Part shown: positions 1-11,923 of the stretch, piece by piece
How positions within the stretch are numbered: the first letter of the stretch is position 1
How the letters are laid out: the number at the start of each line of letters is the position of its first letter
Assembly: GCA_944387505.1 (NCBI GenBank)
Contig: CALXFG010000001.1
Coordinates: 81,549 to 145,548 of the forward strand
Source of the DNA: an uncultured Clostridia bacterium
GTDB lineage: Bacteria > Bacillota > Clostridia > TANB77 > CAG-508
DNA length: 64,000 nt
Direction: 5' to 3'
Notes under the pieces: model-generated
Databases searched by the model: none
Told to the model about the DNA's origin: nothing
The model's input: the letters and a program-made list of their open reading frames with translations, nothing else
Translations under genes and position numbers: made by a program

Positions 1-81
1 TTGTCTTTTGTCCCCATAAAAAATTAATTCTACACGCCCCTTATTTAAAGTCCGCACCTCTTTAATTTGTAATTTTTTCAT
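1..81 (-). CDS. Hypothetical protein, N-terminal 27 codons only (MKKLQIKEVRTLNKGRVELIFYGDKRQ...); runs off the left edge
   Basis: ATG at 79-81 on the minus strand, preceded by a GGAGG RBS (complement of 89-93). The frame is open to position 1. Too short for the supplied ORF track. Confidence 0.3.
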   Translation of the reverse strand, partial: MKKLQIKEVRTLNKGRVELIFYGDKRQ

Positions 82-259
82 ACGCTTACCTCCTGGTATT
101 ATTATCTTATAAATCATGTTAACACAAATGAAAACTGCATGCAAGGAAAAAAAATAAATTCATAAATTATTTAATTTTTAACATTCTCCTCTATTAAAAA
201 ATCCCTTTAAGAATAATTCTTAAAAGGATTTTTTGTTATAGAAACAATTTTCTTATTTT

Positions 260-2719
260 CTATGAATTTTCTACTTCCTTAATTTCTGGTGCTAATATCT
301 CCATACTAACAACCCTTCCACCGTCGCTTGTTCTCATTAATGTAACCCCTTGTGTTGATCTACCTAAAACACTAATATCTTTTACATTAATTCTAATAAT
401 TGTTCCTGTATCTGTAATTAACATGACATCATCTTCTTCAGATGCAATTCTAACACCAATTAGTTTTCCTGTCTTAGGTGTAATTTTATAAGTAATGACA
501 CCTTTTCCACCTCTATTTTGTACTCTATACTCATCTAATTCTGTTCTCTTTCCAAATCCGTTTTCTGTAATTGCTAATAGTGTTGCTTTTCCTCCGCTAA
601 TTACAGATTCCATTCCGATAACTTCATCATCTTCATCTAGTCTAATACCAATAACACCTTGAGCAACTCTACCAATTGGTCTTACATCTTTTTCATCAAA
701 TGTAATACACATACCATTTCTCGTAACTAAAACTACATTATCTTCTCCATCTGTTAATCTTACACCAATTAATTCATCATCTTCTTTTAGTGTAATTCCT
801 TGTAAGCCAGTTTTTCTAGTAGAATCATATTCTTTTAATGCTGTCTTTTTAATTAGTCCATTCTTCGTTGCCATTAATAAATATTTTCCTTCAGCAAAAT
901 TTTGAATTGGTATAACAGCAGATACTTTTTCTCCTGCATCTAGACTTAATAAATTTACAATAGCTGTACCTTTTGCTGTTCTTCCTGCTTCTGGAATTTC
1001 ATAACCTCTTAAATGATATAACTTACCTTTATTTGTAAAGAATAAAATTGTATCATGTGTTGAAGCTGTAAATATTTGTTTAACAAAATCTTCTTCCCTA
1101 GTTGAAATTCCTGTTATTCCTTTTCCTCCACGTCTTTGGCTCTTATATGTATCAATTGGCATTCTTTTGATGTATCCAAAATGTGTTAGGGCTACAACAG
1201 TTTGCTCTTCTTTAATTAAGTCTTCTACATCAATTTCACCTTCTGCTGCAACAATTTTGGTTTTTCTTTCATCACCAAATTTATCTTTAATTTCTAATAG
1301 CTCTTCTTTGATAATATCATACACTAATCTTTCACTATTTAAAATATCTCTTAAATGTGCAATTAATTCCATTAATTGATTATATTCTTCTTCAATTTTT
1401 TCTCTTTGCAATCCTGATAATGTTCTTAATCTCATATCCAAAATTGCTTGTGCTTGGATATCTGTAAGTCCAAATCTTTCCATCAATCTTTCTTTTGCAT
1501 CATCATAAGAGTTTCTTATAATATTAATAACTTCGTCAATATTATCTAATGCAATTTTTAATCCTTCTAATATGTGAGCTCTAGCTAAAGCTTTATCTAA
1601 ATCAAATTGTGTTCTTCTTAAAATAACATCTTTTCTATGATCTATATAACAATCTAAACATTGTCTTAATGTTAAGATTTTTGGAACTCCATTGACTAAT
1701 GCAAGCATGATAATACCAAATGTTGTTTGCATTTGTGTATGTTTAAATAACTGATTTAGCACAACTTGTGGGTTAGCATCTCTTTTTAATTCTATTACTA
1801 CTCTAACTTTATCTTTTCTATCAGATTCATCTCTACACTCTGAAATACCTTCTACTTTTCTTTCTTTAGATAAATCAGATATTGTTTTAATTAAGTTGGC
1901 TTTATTTACTTGATATGGTAAAGAAGAAACAATAATCCTTTGTCTATTTCCACTCATTTCTTCAATTTCTGTTTCTGCTCTTAAAGTTATTTTTCCTTTA
2001 CCTGTAGTATAAGCTTGTTTAATACCTTCAAGACCTAAGATAATCCCCTCTGTTGGGAAATCTGGTCCTTTAATAACACTCATTAATTCTTCATCAGTTA
2101 CATTATCTTCATCAATAATTTTAATAATTCCATCAATTAATTCTGTTAAATTATGAGGTGGAATATTAGTTGCCATACCTACAGCAATACCTGAAGAACC
2201 ATTTGCAAGTAATGCTGGTATTCTTGCTGGTAAAACAGTTGGCTCTTGTAATCTATCATCATAGTTTGGCATAAAATCAACTGTATTTTTCTCAATATCT
2301 GTTAACATATATTCTGCAATTTTAGACATTCTTGCTTCTGTATACCTCATAGCAGCTGCTCCATCACCATCAACAGAACCAAAGTTACCATGTCCATCAA
2401 TTAACATATATCTCATTGAGAAATCCTGTGCTAATCTAACCATAGCATCATATACGGAACTATCTCCATGTGGGTGATATCTACCTAAAACAGAACCTAC
2501 TGTATTAGCACACTTCCTATATGGTTTATCTGATGTAATACCATCTTCATGCATTGAATACAAGATTCTTCTATGTACTGGCTTTAAACCATCTCTTACA
2601 TCTGGAAGTGCACGAGAAACAATAACACTCATGGCATAGTCAATATATGCTTCTCTCATCTCTTTTTCGATGTCTTTTTCAATTATTTTTCCGTCTCTTC
2701 TTTCTTGTCTTTCTTCCAT
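260..2719 (-). CDS. gyrA: DNA gyrase subunit A
   Basis: 819-aa ORF with the GyrA N-terminal signature ([28 protein letters not shown]) and the C-terminal beta-pinwheel repeats. Confidence 0.95.
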   Translation of the reverse strand: MEERQERRDGKIIEKDIEKEMREAYIDYAMSVIVSRALPDVRDGLKPVHRRILYSMHEDGITSDKPYRKCANTVGSVLGRYHPHGDSSVYDAMVRLAQDFSMRYMLIDGHGNFGSVDGDGAAAMRYTEARMSKIAEYMLTDIEKNTVDFMPNYDDRLQEPTVLPARIPALLANGSSGIAVGMATNIPPHNLTELIDGIIKIIDEDNVTDEELMSVIKGPDFPTEGIILGLEGIKQAYTTGKGKITLRAETEIEEMSGNRQRIIVSSLPYQVNKANLIKTISDLSKERKVEGISECRDESDRKDKVRVVIELKRDANPQVVLNQLFKHTQMQTTFGIIMLALVNGVPKILTLRQCLDCYIDHRKDVILRRTQFDLDKALARAHILEGLKIALDNIDEVINIIRNSYDDAKERLMERFGLTDIQAQAILDMRLRTLSGLQREKIEEEYNQLMELIAHLRDILNSERLVYDIIKEELLEIKDKFGDERKTKIVAAEGEIDVEDLIKEEQTVVALTHFGYIKRMPIDTYKSQRRGGKGITGISTREEDFVKQIFTASTHDTILFFTNKGKLYHLRGYEIPEAGRTAKGTAIVNLLSLDAGEKVSAVIPIQNFAEGKYLLMATKNGLIKKTALKEYDSTRKTGLQGITLKEDDELIGVRLTDGEDNVVLVTRNGMCITFDEKDVRPIGRVAQGVIGIRLDEDDEVIGMESVISGGKATLLAITENGFGKRTELDEYRVQNRGGKGVITYKITPKTGKLIGVRIASEEDDVMLITDTGTIIRINVKDISVLGRSTQGVTLMRTSDGGRVVSMEILAPEIKEVENS

Positions 2720-2961
2720 TGTTTTCCCTCTCTTCCTTTATATTTCTACCTTTGTATTATACTAAAACAAACCTTATTTTGCAAGTAAAATGCTTAAAAA
2801 AACTAGGGAAATAAATATTTTAGCGTTTTCTTTAAAATACTTTACTTTTCTAGGTTTCTTTTATGAAAAAAATAGTAAAATTATTTTTTATTTTTAATAT
2901 AATTAAATTAATTTTTATATTATATTCTCTCTATATATTTAAATATTTAAATAATTGAATA

Positions 2962-3261
2962 TTAAATATTTGAATTTTCCAAACAATTTAGTATTAAATT
3001 TACACCATCAATAAATCCTTGTTTGTACATTTCTTTATTATATTCTGTTATTTTCATATTATAATTATCTTCTATTTTATTAAATATTTCATTTAATTCT
3101 TTTGCATCATTAGAATTTTTAATGATTTTTTCAAAGTCTATTTTTTTTAATTTATTATTTAAAGTTTCATCAATTTTTTTTAATATTTTATCTATTTTTT
3201 CATCTTGTAGTTGATAAATTATATTTATCATATTTTTTTCTTTATATTTCTTAAAATCCAA
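2962..3261 (-). CDS. Hypothetical protein, K/E/N-rich, predicted coiled coil
   Basis: 99-aa ORF lying within the gyrA-gyrB insertion. No recognisable motif. Confidence 0.3.
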   Translation of the reverse strand: MDFKKYKEKNMINIIYQLQDEKIDKILKKIDETLNNKLKKIDFEKIIKNSNDAKELNEIFNKIEDNYNMKITEYNKEMYKQGFIDGVNLILNCLENSNI

Positions 3262-3521
3262 TTCTTCTCTCCCCTGTTATTTACATGAATCTATACTATA
3301 TTCTTATTATTTATATTAAAGTTTCTTTTTATACTTAAATTTTGTTTTTTTATAAACATATTAAAATTTTATTATTTATTAACATAATATTGTATAATAA
3401 TTAGCAATGTTGTTTTTGTTGGCATTTGCTTTTTGCATATTTTCTTCATACGCTTTCGGTCTGTCGGTTTTTTTAGTTTTTTGTAATATAATGTAAATAA
3501 TATTTTTTTTGAGGTGACATT

Positions 3522-3860
3522 ATGCAAGAAGATTATAAGGTTGGAGAAAGAATTAGAGAAATACGTGAAGGTCTAAATATGAATAGGGAAAAATTTTCAG
3601 AAATGATTGATATTTCAAGCGTTTTTTTAGGTCAAATTGAACGTGGAGAAAGATCTTTAAGTATAAAAACATTATCTAAAATTGTTAAATTCACAGGAGC
3701 TTCTACTGATTATATTCTTTTTGGAAATGATAATACAAATTCAACGATAAATAAAATTAATCGAATTTTAAACAATTGCTCAAAAGAAGGATTAAACTTT
3801 ATTTATGAATTTACTTGTTCTATTAGCACATTTCTAAAAACTGAAAACAAAAAATTATAA
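3522..3860 (+). CDS. XRE-family helix-turn-helix transcriptional regulator
   Basis: N-terminal HTH_3-like segment (REIREGLNMNREKFSEMIDISSVFLGQIERGERSLSIKTLSKI). GAGGTGA RBS 6 nt upstream of the ATG. Confidence 0.7.
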   Translation: MQEDYKVGERIREIREGLNMNREKFSEMIDISSVFLGQIERGERSLSIKTLSKIVKFTGASTDYILFGNDNTNSTINKINRILNNCSKEGLNFIYEFTCSISTFLKTENKKL

Positions 3861-3976
3861 ATTAAAAAGAGGAAATTAAATTCCTCTTTTTTATTAAATA
3901 AAATAAATATATTAAAATTTTCAATAAATTAAATAATTTTTTAATTAAATTAAAATTTTTTATAATTATATTTCAT

Positions 3977-4696
3977 CTAAATTAATTTCTCTGCTAAAGC
4001 TAATTGTTCTTGATTTAAATTAAAATCTTGTCCATTATTTTTAATCAAGTTATGTAAATTTTCTATCGTTCTAGCTTGCGTTATTATTTTCTCTAAAGGA
4101 GCTAAATTATTTAGTACTTTTTCTATTTTACTATATTCTTGTTCCATTCCTTTAAAATTCTTATTATTAAAATTTTCTTTCCAATTATTCATATATTTTT
4201 CAATATTTTCTATTTCAGTATTTTGTTCATTAAATTTTTGTTCTATATTATTTTCTATACTATCTAATATAATGTTTTTCCCCTGTTTAATTGTGTTCGC
4301 AATATTATAATTTATAATTCCTTTTTCATTTACTTTATTAACAACTGTATCCAATAATGAAGAAATTCCATCTAATAAACCTCCTGCTTGTATAGCACTT
4401 TGCATTTGTGAAACATTTTCAAAATTACCTGTAAAAATTCCAATTGCGCTTTTTCCAAGTTCTATAGCATCATCTATTGATTTAGTAATTCCGTCTTTTA
4501 AACCGTAATTTAATAAATTATCTTTTATATTTATAATCTGTTCATCAATAAAGTCAGGTAATAAAGCTCTTATTCCAATATCTATACCTGCATTTATTGT
4601 TTTACCTAATGTAGTTTCTAAAAAATTGGTTTGATCATTATTATTAATCATTTTATTATCTAAATTTACTTCATTTTCAATTTTATTTATTTCCAT
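3977..4696 (-). CDS. Hypothetical protein (239 aa, N/I/E-rich, probably alpha-helical)
   Basis: Long ORF with normal coding composition, divergent from the XRE gene. No conserved motif recognised. Confidence 0.4.
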   Translation of the reverse strand: MEINKIENEVNLDNKMINNNDQTNFLETTLGKTINAGIDIGIRALLPDFIDEQIINIKDNLLNYGLKDGITKSIDDAIELGKSAIGIFTGNFENVSQMQSAIQAGGLLDGISSLLDTVVNKVNEKGIINYNIANTIKQGKNIILDSIENNIEQKFNEQNTEIENIEKYMNNWKENFNNKNFKGMEQEYSKIEKVLNNLAPLEKIITQARTIENLHNLIKNNGQDFNLNQEQLALAEKLI

Positions 4697-4699
4697 ATG

Positions 4700-7540
4700 C
4701 CACCTCTTTTTCTTTTATATTTTTTTATTTATATTTATAACTTACTATTTTAATTAAATTATTTTATTTAATTTATTTTATTTAATTTAATTTATTTTAT
4801 TTAATTTATTTTATTTTTAATTTTTTTATTTAATTTATTTATTATTTATTATTATTTTTTATTTGTTTTTATTTAATTTTTATATTAATTTAATATTTTT
4901 TTATATTTAATTATTTATTCAAGATTCTATTTTAAATATACTCTTAATCCATAAAGTTAATTCATATTTTTTACTCTTTATTTTTCTATTATTTTTGTTG
5001 TTGAATTATGTTGACTTTTAAATTTACAATATTATTTTCTCCCACAAAAGCTTTAATTACAGTCTTTTTTAAGGTTTTTATTTCTATTTAATTTTATTTT
5101 TTAAAATTACAAAACTAAATTTTTTCCTTAAATAAATATTTAAATTTTTCTTTATTAATATTAATTTTTTACAACACTATTTTTTAATATAAAATTATTT
5201 TAATTCATTTTTAAAATGCTGAATTATTTAATTTCATGGTTCGTTTTTTTATTTATATATTTTATATTGATTATTAGTTATTTTTAACTTAAATATTTAA
5301 TAATAACTTTTTCAAATTTTTTAATTCTTTTTATTATTTTTTTATTAAATATATTATTTTACTTAATTTATTTGATTTATTAATTTTTTACATTTTTAAC
5401 ATTTTATATTAATTGTTTTTTTGATATTAATTTTTAATATTTAATTTTTATAATAATTAATTTTTCCATTTCACATTTAATAATTTTTTATTTCTTTTTT
5501 TGATCTAAACTCAGAAATTTATTTCAGCATTTTTAGTCTTTTTAATTTTATATTATTTCAATTTTAATTTTTTAATTTATCCTTTATGTTAATTTTTAAA
5601 ATTACTAATTTAGAAATTCTTTTTCCTTAAAAATCCTTAAATATGCGATATATTTTTAGATTCTTCATTAATTTTTTGTAAAATTTTATTTGTTTTATAA
5701 AAAATACTTATTTTTAATTTTTAACTTATAAAATGTTTTTTCACTAAATATTTTTTTCTTCTTATTTTTAAATTATTTTACAAATTAATTTTGTTATATA
5801 AAATTATATTTATAAAATCTTTAAAGTTTATTTGTTATCATTAAGTTTTATTTTTTTATTAATTATTTAATTATTATTTTTTATTAATATTTATTATTAG
5901 TTTATTTTATTTTTTATTTTTTTATTTAAATTAAATTTTTTTTAATTATTACTTATTTTTTTATTTTATTAATATTTATTTATATTATTTTATATATTAA
6001 TTAAATTTTAATTTTTTTTTTATATTTTATTTTTATATTTTATTTTTATATTAAATTATTTTATTAATATTTATTTTTTATAATTTATTTTATTTAAATT
6101 GAAAAATTAATTTATTTTTCTATTATATTTTATAATTGTAATTTTGAGATAATTTATTTAAGTTATGTTGACTTTTATTTTTTCAAAACATCTTTAATCC
6201 TGCAATTTTCTGGTTCTTTTAGAATTTATTTTTAATTTTAAGCATTTTATTAAATAAGTTTTTTTATTAAAAATTTTTAAATTATTTATATTTAATTTCA
6301 TTTTTTTGAGATTTTAATATTAAATTTTATATTCGTTTAATTTTAAAATGTTTTATTTTCAATTTTCGTGTTAGCGTTTTATAATTAAATAATTTATTAT
6401 TTCTTTTGTCATTATTTTTTTATAAATTCTTTATAATTTTTACCTTTGTTTTTAATAATAATTATTAATTAATTTATTTATTATTTATTATTTATTATTA
6501 ATTTATTTTATTGTTTTTTTATTTAATTAATTTTTTTCTTTAATATTTTAATTTAATTAATTTTATTTTTTTATTTAAATTATTTTTTTATTTAATTACT
6601 TTTACTTTTTTTAATATTAATTATTTATTTTTTTACTTTTTATTATTACTAATTGATAATTTATTTTTATTTAATAATCTATTATTATCTAAGAATAAAA
6701 ATAAATTATCTATTTATACATTTATATTTTCTATTTTAACTCTTTATATAAATCTATTTTAGTTATGTTAACATTAAAAAAAATCTCTTTATTTCAAGCA
6801 TTCTCAATTACACAAATTTCTATGCTTATTTGTATTTTTTATTATTTTTATAATATAGTTTTACTTAAAAAATGAAAATTGTCCTTTTTTTATTATTATA
6901 TTTCATTTTTTTCTATTTTAAATTTATTTTATTAATTATGATAATTTATATTAATTTAATTTTAAAATGTTTAATTTTTGATTTTCGTATTTTGTTTTTT
7001 TGTATAAAATATTTTATATTTTGTTTTTACTTTTATCTTTAATTTTTATTAATTATTTTATTATTTAATTAATTTTATTAATAATTAATTTTTACAATTA
7101 AAAATCAATTATTATTTATAATATTTTATATATTTTTTATTAATTAAATTTTTAAAATTCTTATTTTTATTTTTAATATTTTTTAATAATTAAAATATTA
7201 TCTTTTTTATATATTAAATTATTACTAATATTCTATATTTTTTTATTATTAATTAATAATCTATTCTTAATAATTTTATTAAGTTAAATATTTTAAAATT
7301 TATTTACTTTTTTTCTTTGTTTGATTGAGTCTCTTGATCTATTTATTTTTCTTTATGTATACATTCCATTTTTCTTCTATAAAATCCCTAATCATTAATT
7401 TTACTGATTATACTAATCTTTATATAAATTTTTCACATATTTTTTATCTAGAAAATGTTAACTTTTAATTTTTTTATTCTTTTAATTCTTTTATTTTTTA
7501 TTTATTGGATTTATTTTATTAACTTTAAATTGTTTATTTT
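4700..7540. repeat. 2.8 kb of essentially A/T-only non-coding DNA made of degenerate ~600-bp repeat units
   Basis: The anchor AGTTATGTT(G/A)AC recurs at ~5008, ~5585, ~6163, ~6761 and ~7456. Each copy is followed ~200 bp later by AAAATG..TT..(G)ATTTTCGT(G/A)TT (at ~5215, ~6340, ~6965). Confidence 0.6.
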
Positions 7541-8556
7541 TATACTAAATTAATTATTTTGATTTTTTTAAATTTATTTTTCAATATTATTTTATAAAAA
7601 TATTTTGATATATTATTTTTATAATAATTTATTAATATTAAAGATATTTTTTTATTTTTTATTTTATTTTTATATATATTTAATAAATTTCTTTTATTAT
7701 TTTCTAAAATAAGATAATTTTTATTTTTCAATTTTAATGGAAGTATATTAATCTTTTTTATTGAATAATTAAGATTAAATATTATATAATAATTATTTTT
7801 TATATATTGTTTAATTATTTTTTTTATTATTTTTATTTTTACTAAACTATTTCTATTTTTTAATATTGAATTTATATTTATTATTTCTTTTATATTTTTA
7901 TCTATTATTTTTTCTTTTATTGTATAATTTTTTTTCATTATTAAATAATAAATATTTTTTGTTTTATTTATTTTCGATATTTTTTTATTTATTTTCTTTT
8001 TATTTTTTATTTTTAAATTAATATTTATTATTTTTCTATTTTTTATAATTAATTTTTTTTCAATTATTAATTTAATTATTTTTTTATTAATTTTGTCATC
8101 TCCAAAGATACATATAATATTATTTTCATCTTTGATTCGTTTTTGTTTTTTTAATTTAAATATTTTATCTTTTATCTTAACAATATTTCTTTTTAGATTA
8201 ATAATATTATTTCCTTTTTCTTTTAAACTTTTAATTAATTTATATGTACTAAATATATTATTGTAATAAATATCTGTTATATTTATTTTATTTAATTTTT
8301 CTTTTATTTTTTTATTTTCTAATATTATAATTATTTTTATTTTTTTATTTATTCTTTTAATATTTTTTAATAATTTAATTAAATTAATTTCTCCTGGAAT
8401 GCTTTCACTAATTATAATAATATTTATTTGTTTATCTTTTTTTATTGTATCTATAATTGCTTCTCTATATAAAATATTTTTATTATCTACTAATTTATTT
8501 TTTTTTATTTTTTTTAATATATTTTCTTCTGCTATAGCTGTTATAATTTTAGTCAT
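7540..8556 (-). CDS. Low-complexity K/I/N-rich ORF (338 aa); possible decayed gene belonging to the T4SS remnant
   Basis: Continuous ORF, but its composition mirrors the AT-only DNA it sits in. The N-terminus (MTKIITAIAEENIL...INIIIISESIPGEINLIKLL) looks protein-like, the remainder low complexity. Its start overlaps the upstream VirB4-like gene by 8 nt. Confidence 0.25.
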   Translation of the reverse strand: MTKIITAIAEENILKKIKKNKLVDNKNILYREAIIDTIKKDKQINIIIISESIPGEINLIKLLKNIKRINKKIKIIIILENKKIKEKLNKINITDIYYNNIFSTYKLIKSLKEKGNNIINLKRNIVKIKDKIFKLKKQKRIKDENNIICIFGDDKINKKIIKLIIEKKLIIKNRKIININLKIKNKKKINKKISKINKTKNIYYLIMKKNYTIKEKIIDKNIKEIININSILKNRNSLVKIKIIKKIIKQYIKNNYYIIFNLNYSIKKINILPLKLKNKNYLILENNKRNLLNIYKNKIKNKKISLILINYYKNNISKYFYKIILKNKFKKIKIINLV

Positions 8557-10318
8557 TCTTTATGTCTCCTTTTACAATTTCTAATTCTTTATCAGAACAT
8601 TCAATTTTTGTTAATATATGATCCTCACCTACAAACATTAAGCATTCTCCTCTTTTTAAAGATTTTATTTCTACCTTTTCTTTTTCTGATAAATTAGCAA
8701 ACTCTGATAATACTTTTATATTTTCTTCTTCTAATGCAAAGAAAGTTTTGATGCTAGAATTATTTAAAATACTTTTTCCATAAATTCCATCTTCTAAACT
8801 AAATAAATCTGAAATATCCTGCGTTATGGCTACACTACTTCCTCCATATTTTCTAATTGTTTTAAATATTTTATAAATAAAACTCGCTACATTTTTATTA
8901 GATGTTACCCCTATTAATCTCCATATTTCATCTAAATAAATTGCTTTTTTTTCCTTTCTATTTTCTTTTATTTTATCCCAAAAAATATCTGTAAATAAAT
9001 ACATTCCATATTTTAAATTTTCTTCTCCTAATTCATAAATATCTGCAATAATTAATTCATTTTTTAATTCTATGTTTGTATGATGATTAAAAAATTTCAT
9101 TGATCCTTTTACAAATGGAATTAATTTGATAGCAAATTTTTCTGTTTTTTTATCTTTTTTTAATTGTTCATATAAATCTTCTAATATTGGCATATCTTTT
9201 TTATGTTTAAATATCATTTTTTTATTTTCTTTTTTATATAAAGATTTATCATCAAAATTAATATTTTTTTCTTTATACGTTTCAATTAATTTTTCTTCTA
9301 TTAAGGCTTTTTCTTCTTCGTTTAATTCTCCAAAAATTAAATTAAAAAATCCAATTAATTTTGCAATCTTTGTTGCAAGATATCCATTTTCTCCATCTTC
9401 TATACTTTCTTTTCTAATCTCTAATATATTGATATATGTATTAGAATTCGGTCCTATAATAATTCTCGTACCTTTTAAATTATCACTTATGTTAACATAT
9501 TCTCTCTCTGGATCTATTATATATTGTTTAATTCCCATTAGCCTATATCTCAAAATTAATAATTTGGTATAAAAAGATTTTCCCGCACCACTTGTACCAA
9601 ATATACATATATTAGCATTTTTATATTTTTGTGTATCATATCTATCTATAAACACAAGTGAATTATTATATATATTTGTTCCAATAAATACTCCTTCTTT
9701 ATCAAATATAGAAGATGAAATAAATGGATATGTGGATACAAGACTAGATGTTAGAATATTTCTTTTTGCAACATTTTTTACTAGTGTATTATTTTCCATT
9801 ATTGGTAAACAACTTTTGAATAATTCTTCTTGTCTAAAATTTGCTCTTCTTGTTTGTAACCCTTTACTTTGTGATATCCCTTCAATTTTACTAATTAAAT
9901 ATTCTAATTCTTTTATATCTTCTGCATAAACTAATAGATATATATATAAATAATAAATCTCTTCATTATTTACTTGCATTTCTTTTCTTATGTATTTTGC
10001 ATCTCCATATATGGATGTAGCTATATCAATATCTTGCCTATTCTCATGATTATTTTTTACTTCTAATCCTACATTTCCTATATGATAAGTCAATTCTTTT
10101 ATGACTCTATACGAATCTTGTTTTTCATAAAACATAGAAATATTCAAATTTATGTTACTTTCTATTAAACTTTTTAATATGATATCAGTTTGTTCTCTAT
10201 AATAATCTATAATCATTATTCCTGTATAATATGTATTATCTATTTCTATATATTTTGGATTTTGAAAATTGATATATGATGGAGAAATTTTATCTTTTTC
10301 AAATATTGTTCCTTCCAA
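8549..10318 (-). CDS. VirB4/TcpF/TrsE-family T4SS ATPase, second divergent and shorter copy
   Basis: Walker A FGTSGAGKSFYTKLL and Walker B IYLDEIWRL. Collinear similarity to the 650-aa VirB4-like protein at 34000-35952, including the N-terminal region and the A/B boxes. Confidence 0.7.
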   Translation of the reverse strand: MEGTIFEKDKISPSYINFQNPKYIEIDNTYYTGIMIIDYYREQTDIILKSLIESNINLNISMFYEKQDSYRVIKELTYHIGNVGLEVKNNHENRQDIDIATSIYGDAKYIRKEMQVNNEEIYYLYIYLLVYAEDIKELEYLISKIEGISQSKGLQTRRANFRQEELFKSCLPIMENNTLVKNVAKRNILTSSLVSTYPFISSSIFDKEGVFIGTNIYNNSLVFIDRYDTQKYKNANICIFGTSGAGKSFYTKLLILRYRLMGIKQYIIDPEREYVNISDNLKGTRIIIGPNSNTYINILEIRKESIEDGENGYLATKIAKLIGFFNLIFGELNEEEKALIEEKLIETYKEKNINFDDKSLYKKENKKMIFKHKKDMPILEDLYEQLKKDKKTEKFAIKLIPFVKGSMKFFNHHTNIELKNELIIADIYELGEENLKYGMYLFTDIFWDKIKENRKEKKAIYLDEIWRLIGVTSNKNVASFIYKIFKTIRKYGGSSVAITQDISDLFSLEDGIYGKSILNNSSIKTFFALEEENIKVLSEFANLSEKEKVEIKSLKRGECLMFVGEDHILTKIECSDKELEIVKGDIKND

Positions 10319-10374
10319 AATTTTTAAATTTTTTTCATTATTTTTTCTATTCAGTATTTTTTTTAATTTAATTT

Positions 10375-10890
10375 TTATTCCTCCTCTAATTGATTATTTT
10401 TATTAAAATATTTTTTTGTATTAAAAAATGAAAAAAATATTTTTAATATTTCTTCTTTTTCATCAATATTATTTACTTTATTTCCACATCTAGATAAACA
10501 TTCTTTTATTTTTAAATATTTTTCATTTAATTCTTGTTTAATAATTTCTATATTTTTTTCTTTTTTATTAATTGGATGATTCTTGATAATAATATAAAAT
10601 TTTTTAGATGACGATTTTTTATTATTATTTAAATTAGAAATATATTGAATATAATTTTGAGTTAAATTTTTTAAATATTTATTTTCTTTTTTATTAATAT
10701 TTTTTTTTATTTTGGAAATATGATGAGTTAAATCTTCTTTATTACTTTGAATTAAAATTTGAATATCAAAATGACAAGTTTTAAAAAAAAGTTTATAGGA
10801 ATTTAAAATAGCTCCTTTTTCTAAATCTGATTTTAAATTATAATTTATGGGTGTAACTTCTAATATTTTTATATATGTATTGTTTTTCAT
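10375..10890 (-). CDS. Hypothetical T4SS-associated protein; truncated paralog of the gene upstream of the main VirB4
   Basis: Its segment ...IKILEVTPINYNLKSDLEKGAILNSYKLFFKTCHFDIQILIQSNKEDL aligns with IIRKKGKQFIMVIECQGVNYDLMSGLEKNSVEQGFLQFLNTLRYPIQLYIQTRTV in the 385-aa protein at 32830-33987. Gene order is the same, upstream of a VirB4. Confidence 0.4.
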   Translation of the reverse strand: MKNNTYIKILEVTPINYNLKSDLEKGAILNSYKLFFKTCHFDIQILIQSNKEDLTHHISKIKKNINKKENKYLKNLTQNYIQYISNLNNNKKSSSKKFYIIIKNHPINKKEKNIEIIKQELNEKYLKIKECLSRCGNKVNNIDEKEEILKIFFSFFNTKKYFNKNNQLEEE

Positions 10891-11880
10891 TTCTATAACA
10901 CCCTCATTAAAAATTTGGCTAATTGGTATCCATTCTTGGACAGTTTGATTTTTAATTTTTTACCACTCTCCTTTGAAAGCATTTTACAGTCTTTTTTTAT
11001 TTTTGTCAAGAAAAATTCATCGACATAATTCGACTTTTTTTGTTTATGTAATTTTTTAATATATATTTTTTTTACTAAATTTACAATTATTTTATTTGAT
11101 TTTTTTTTTATCTTTTGTTATTTATTATCTTATTAATTTATTTTTTATATTTTATTTAAAATTATTTTTTTATTTATTATTTTTTATTAATTTAATTTTT
11201 AATTAATTAACTTTTTTATTTCATATTTTTTTATTTATATTATAATAAATTATTATTTTAATTAAATTATTTTATTTTTTATTATTATTATTTTATTTTA
11301 TTTTTTTATTATTATTTTATTTTTTTTTATTATTATTTTATTTTATTTTTTTATTAATTATTTATTTAAATTAATTATTTTATTTTACCTTTTATTTTTA
11401 ATTATTTATTTAATCAATTTTTTTCGATTATTCTTTTTATATTTTTTTGAATATTTTTTTTATTTTTGAACATAATAAAAATGTAAGGTTAATAATAGTT
11501 AAACGAAGAATGATAATAGATGATTTTATTCATTTATTATCATTCGAGCAAAAATGTAGTATGGTGTTTTATTATATTGTACTATGTCGGCGATGTGAAT
11601 ATATTACTTGTTTGTATGCTGTATTTTTATTTTATTATATTTTTTAATTTATGGATTATGGTAAAATAATATGTAATATATTTTAGTTAAGATTATTCTT
11701 ATATTTTTTAATGATTAATACTAGTCCATTTATTGGATGAATTTAGTTGTTAGTAGTGTATTAATGGTCGAGTGAATGATGAATATATGTGGTCGAAAGT
11801 TTATGCATATAGTAATATATGCTAGATTTGAAAATTATGTATATTTGTTTTAGCAGAGATTATTATTAGCTTTATTGATT

Positions 11881-11920
11881 AAAGGCAGATAATATTTTTA
11901 TTATCTGCCTTTAAATTTTT
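11881..11920. terminator. Rho-independent terminator hairpin directly downstream of gyrB
   Basis: AAAGGCAGATAA-TATTTTTA-TTATCTGCCTTT followed by an A/T run. The gyrB stop is at 11924 on the minus strand. Confidence 0.6.
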
Positions 11921-11923
11921 AAA

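Noticed and set aside
1167-1379. 70-aa plus-strand ORF inside gyrA
   Set aside because: Antisense to a well-supported gyrA reading frame, with Ser/Ile-rich composition typical of reverse-frame artefacts. The same applies to 12330-12854 and 13733-13918 in gyrB, 17442-17807 in dnaA, and 20574-21117, 21927-22529, 23525-23800, 23990-24172, 24844-25155, 25644-26174, 26781-27440 and others inside housekeeping genes.
4700-7540. Possible CRISPR array in the AT-rich repeat tract
   Set aside because: No short, well-conserved direct repeats separated by unique spacers of constant length. The repeats are about 600 bp, degenerate and A/T-only. No cas genes are nearby.
10891-11900. Possible small RNA or decayed gene in the G/T-rich segment 11440-11880 (TGGTCGA repeats)
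   Set aside because: Composition differs from the flanking A/T-only DNA and there are short direct repeats. There is no convincing ORF, promoter or conserved structure that would justify calling a feature. It may be a further remnant of the decayed element.
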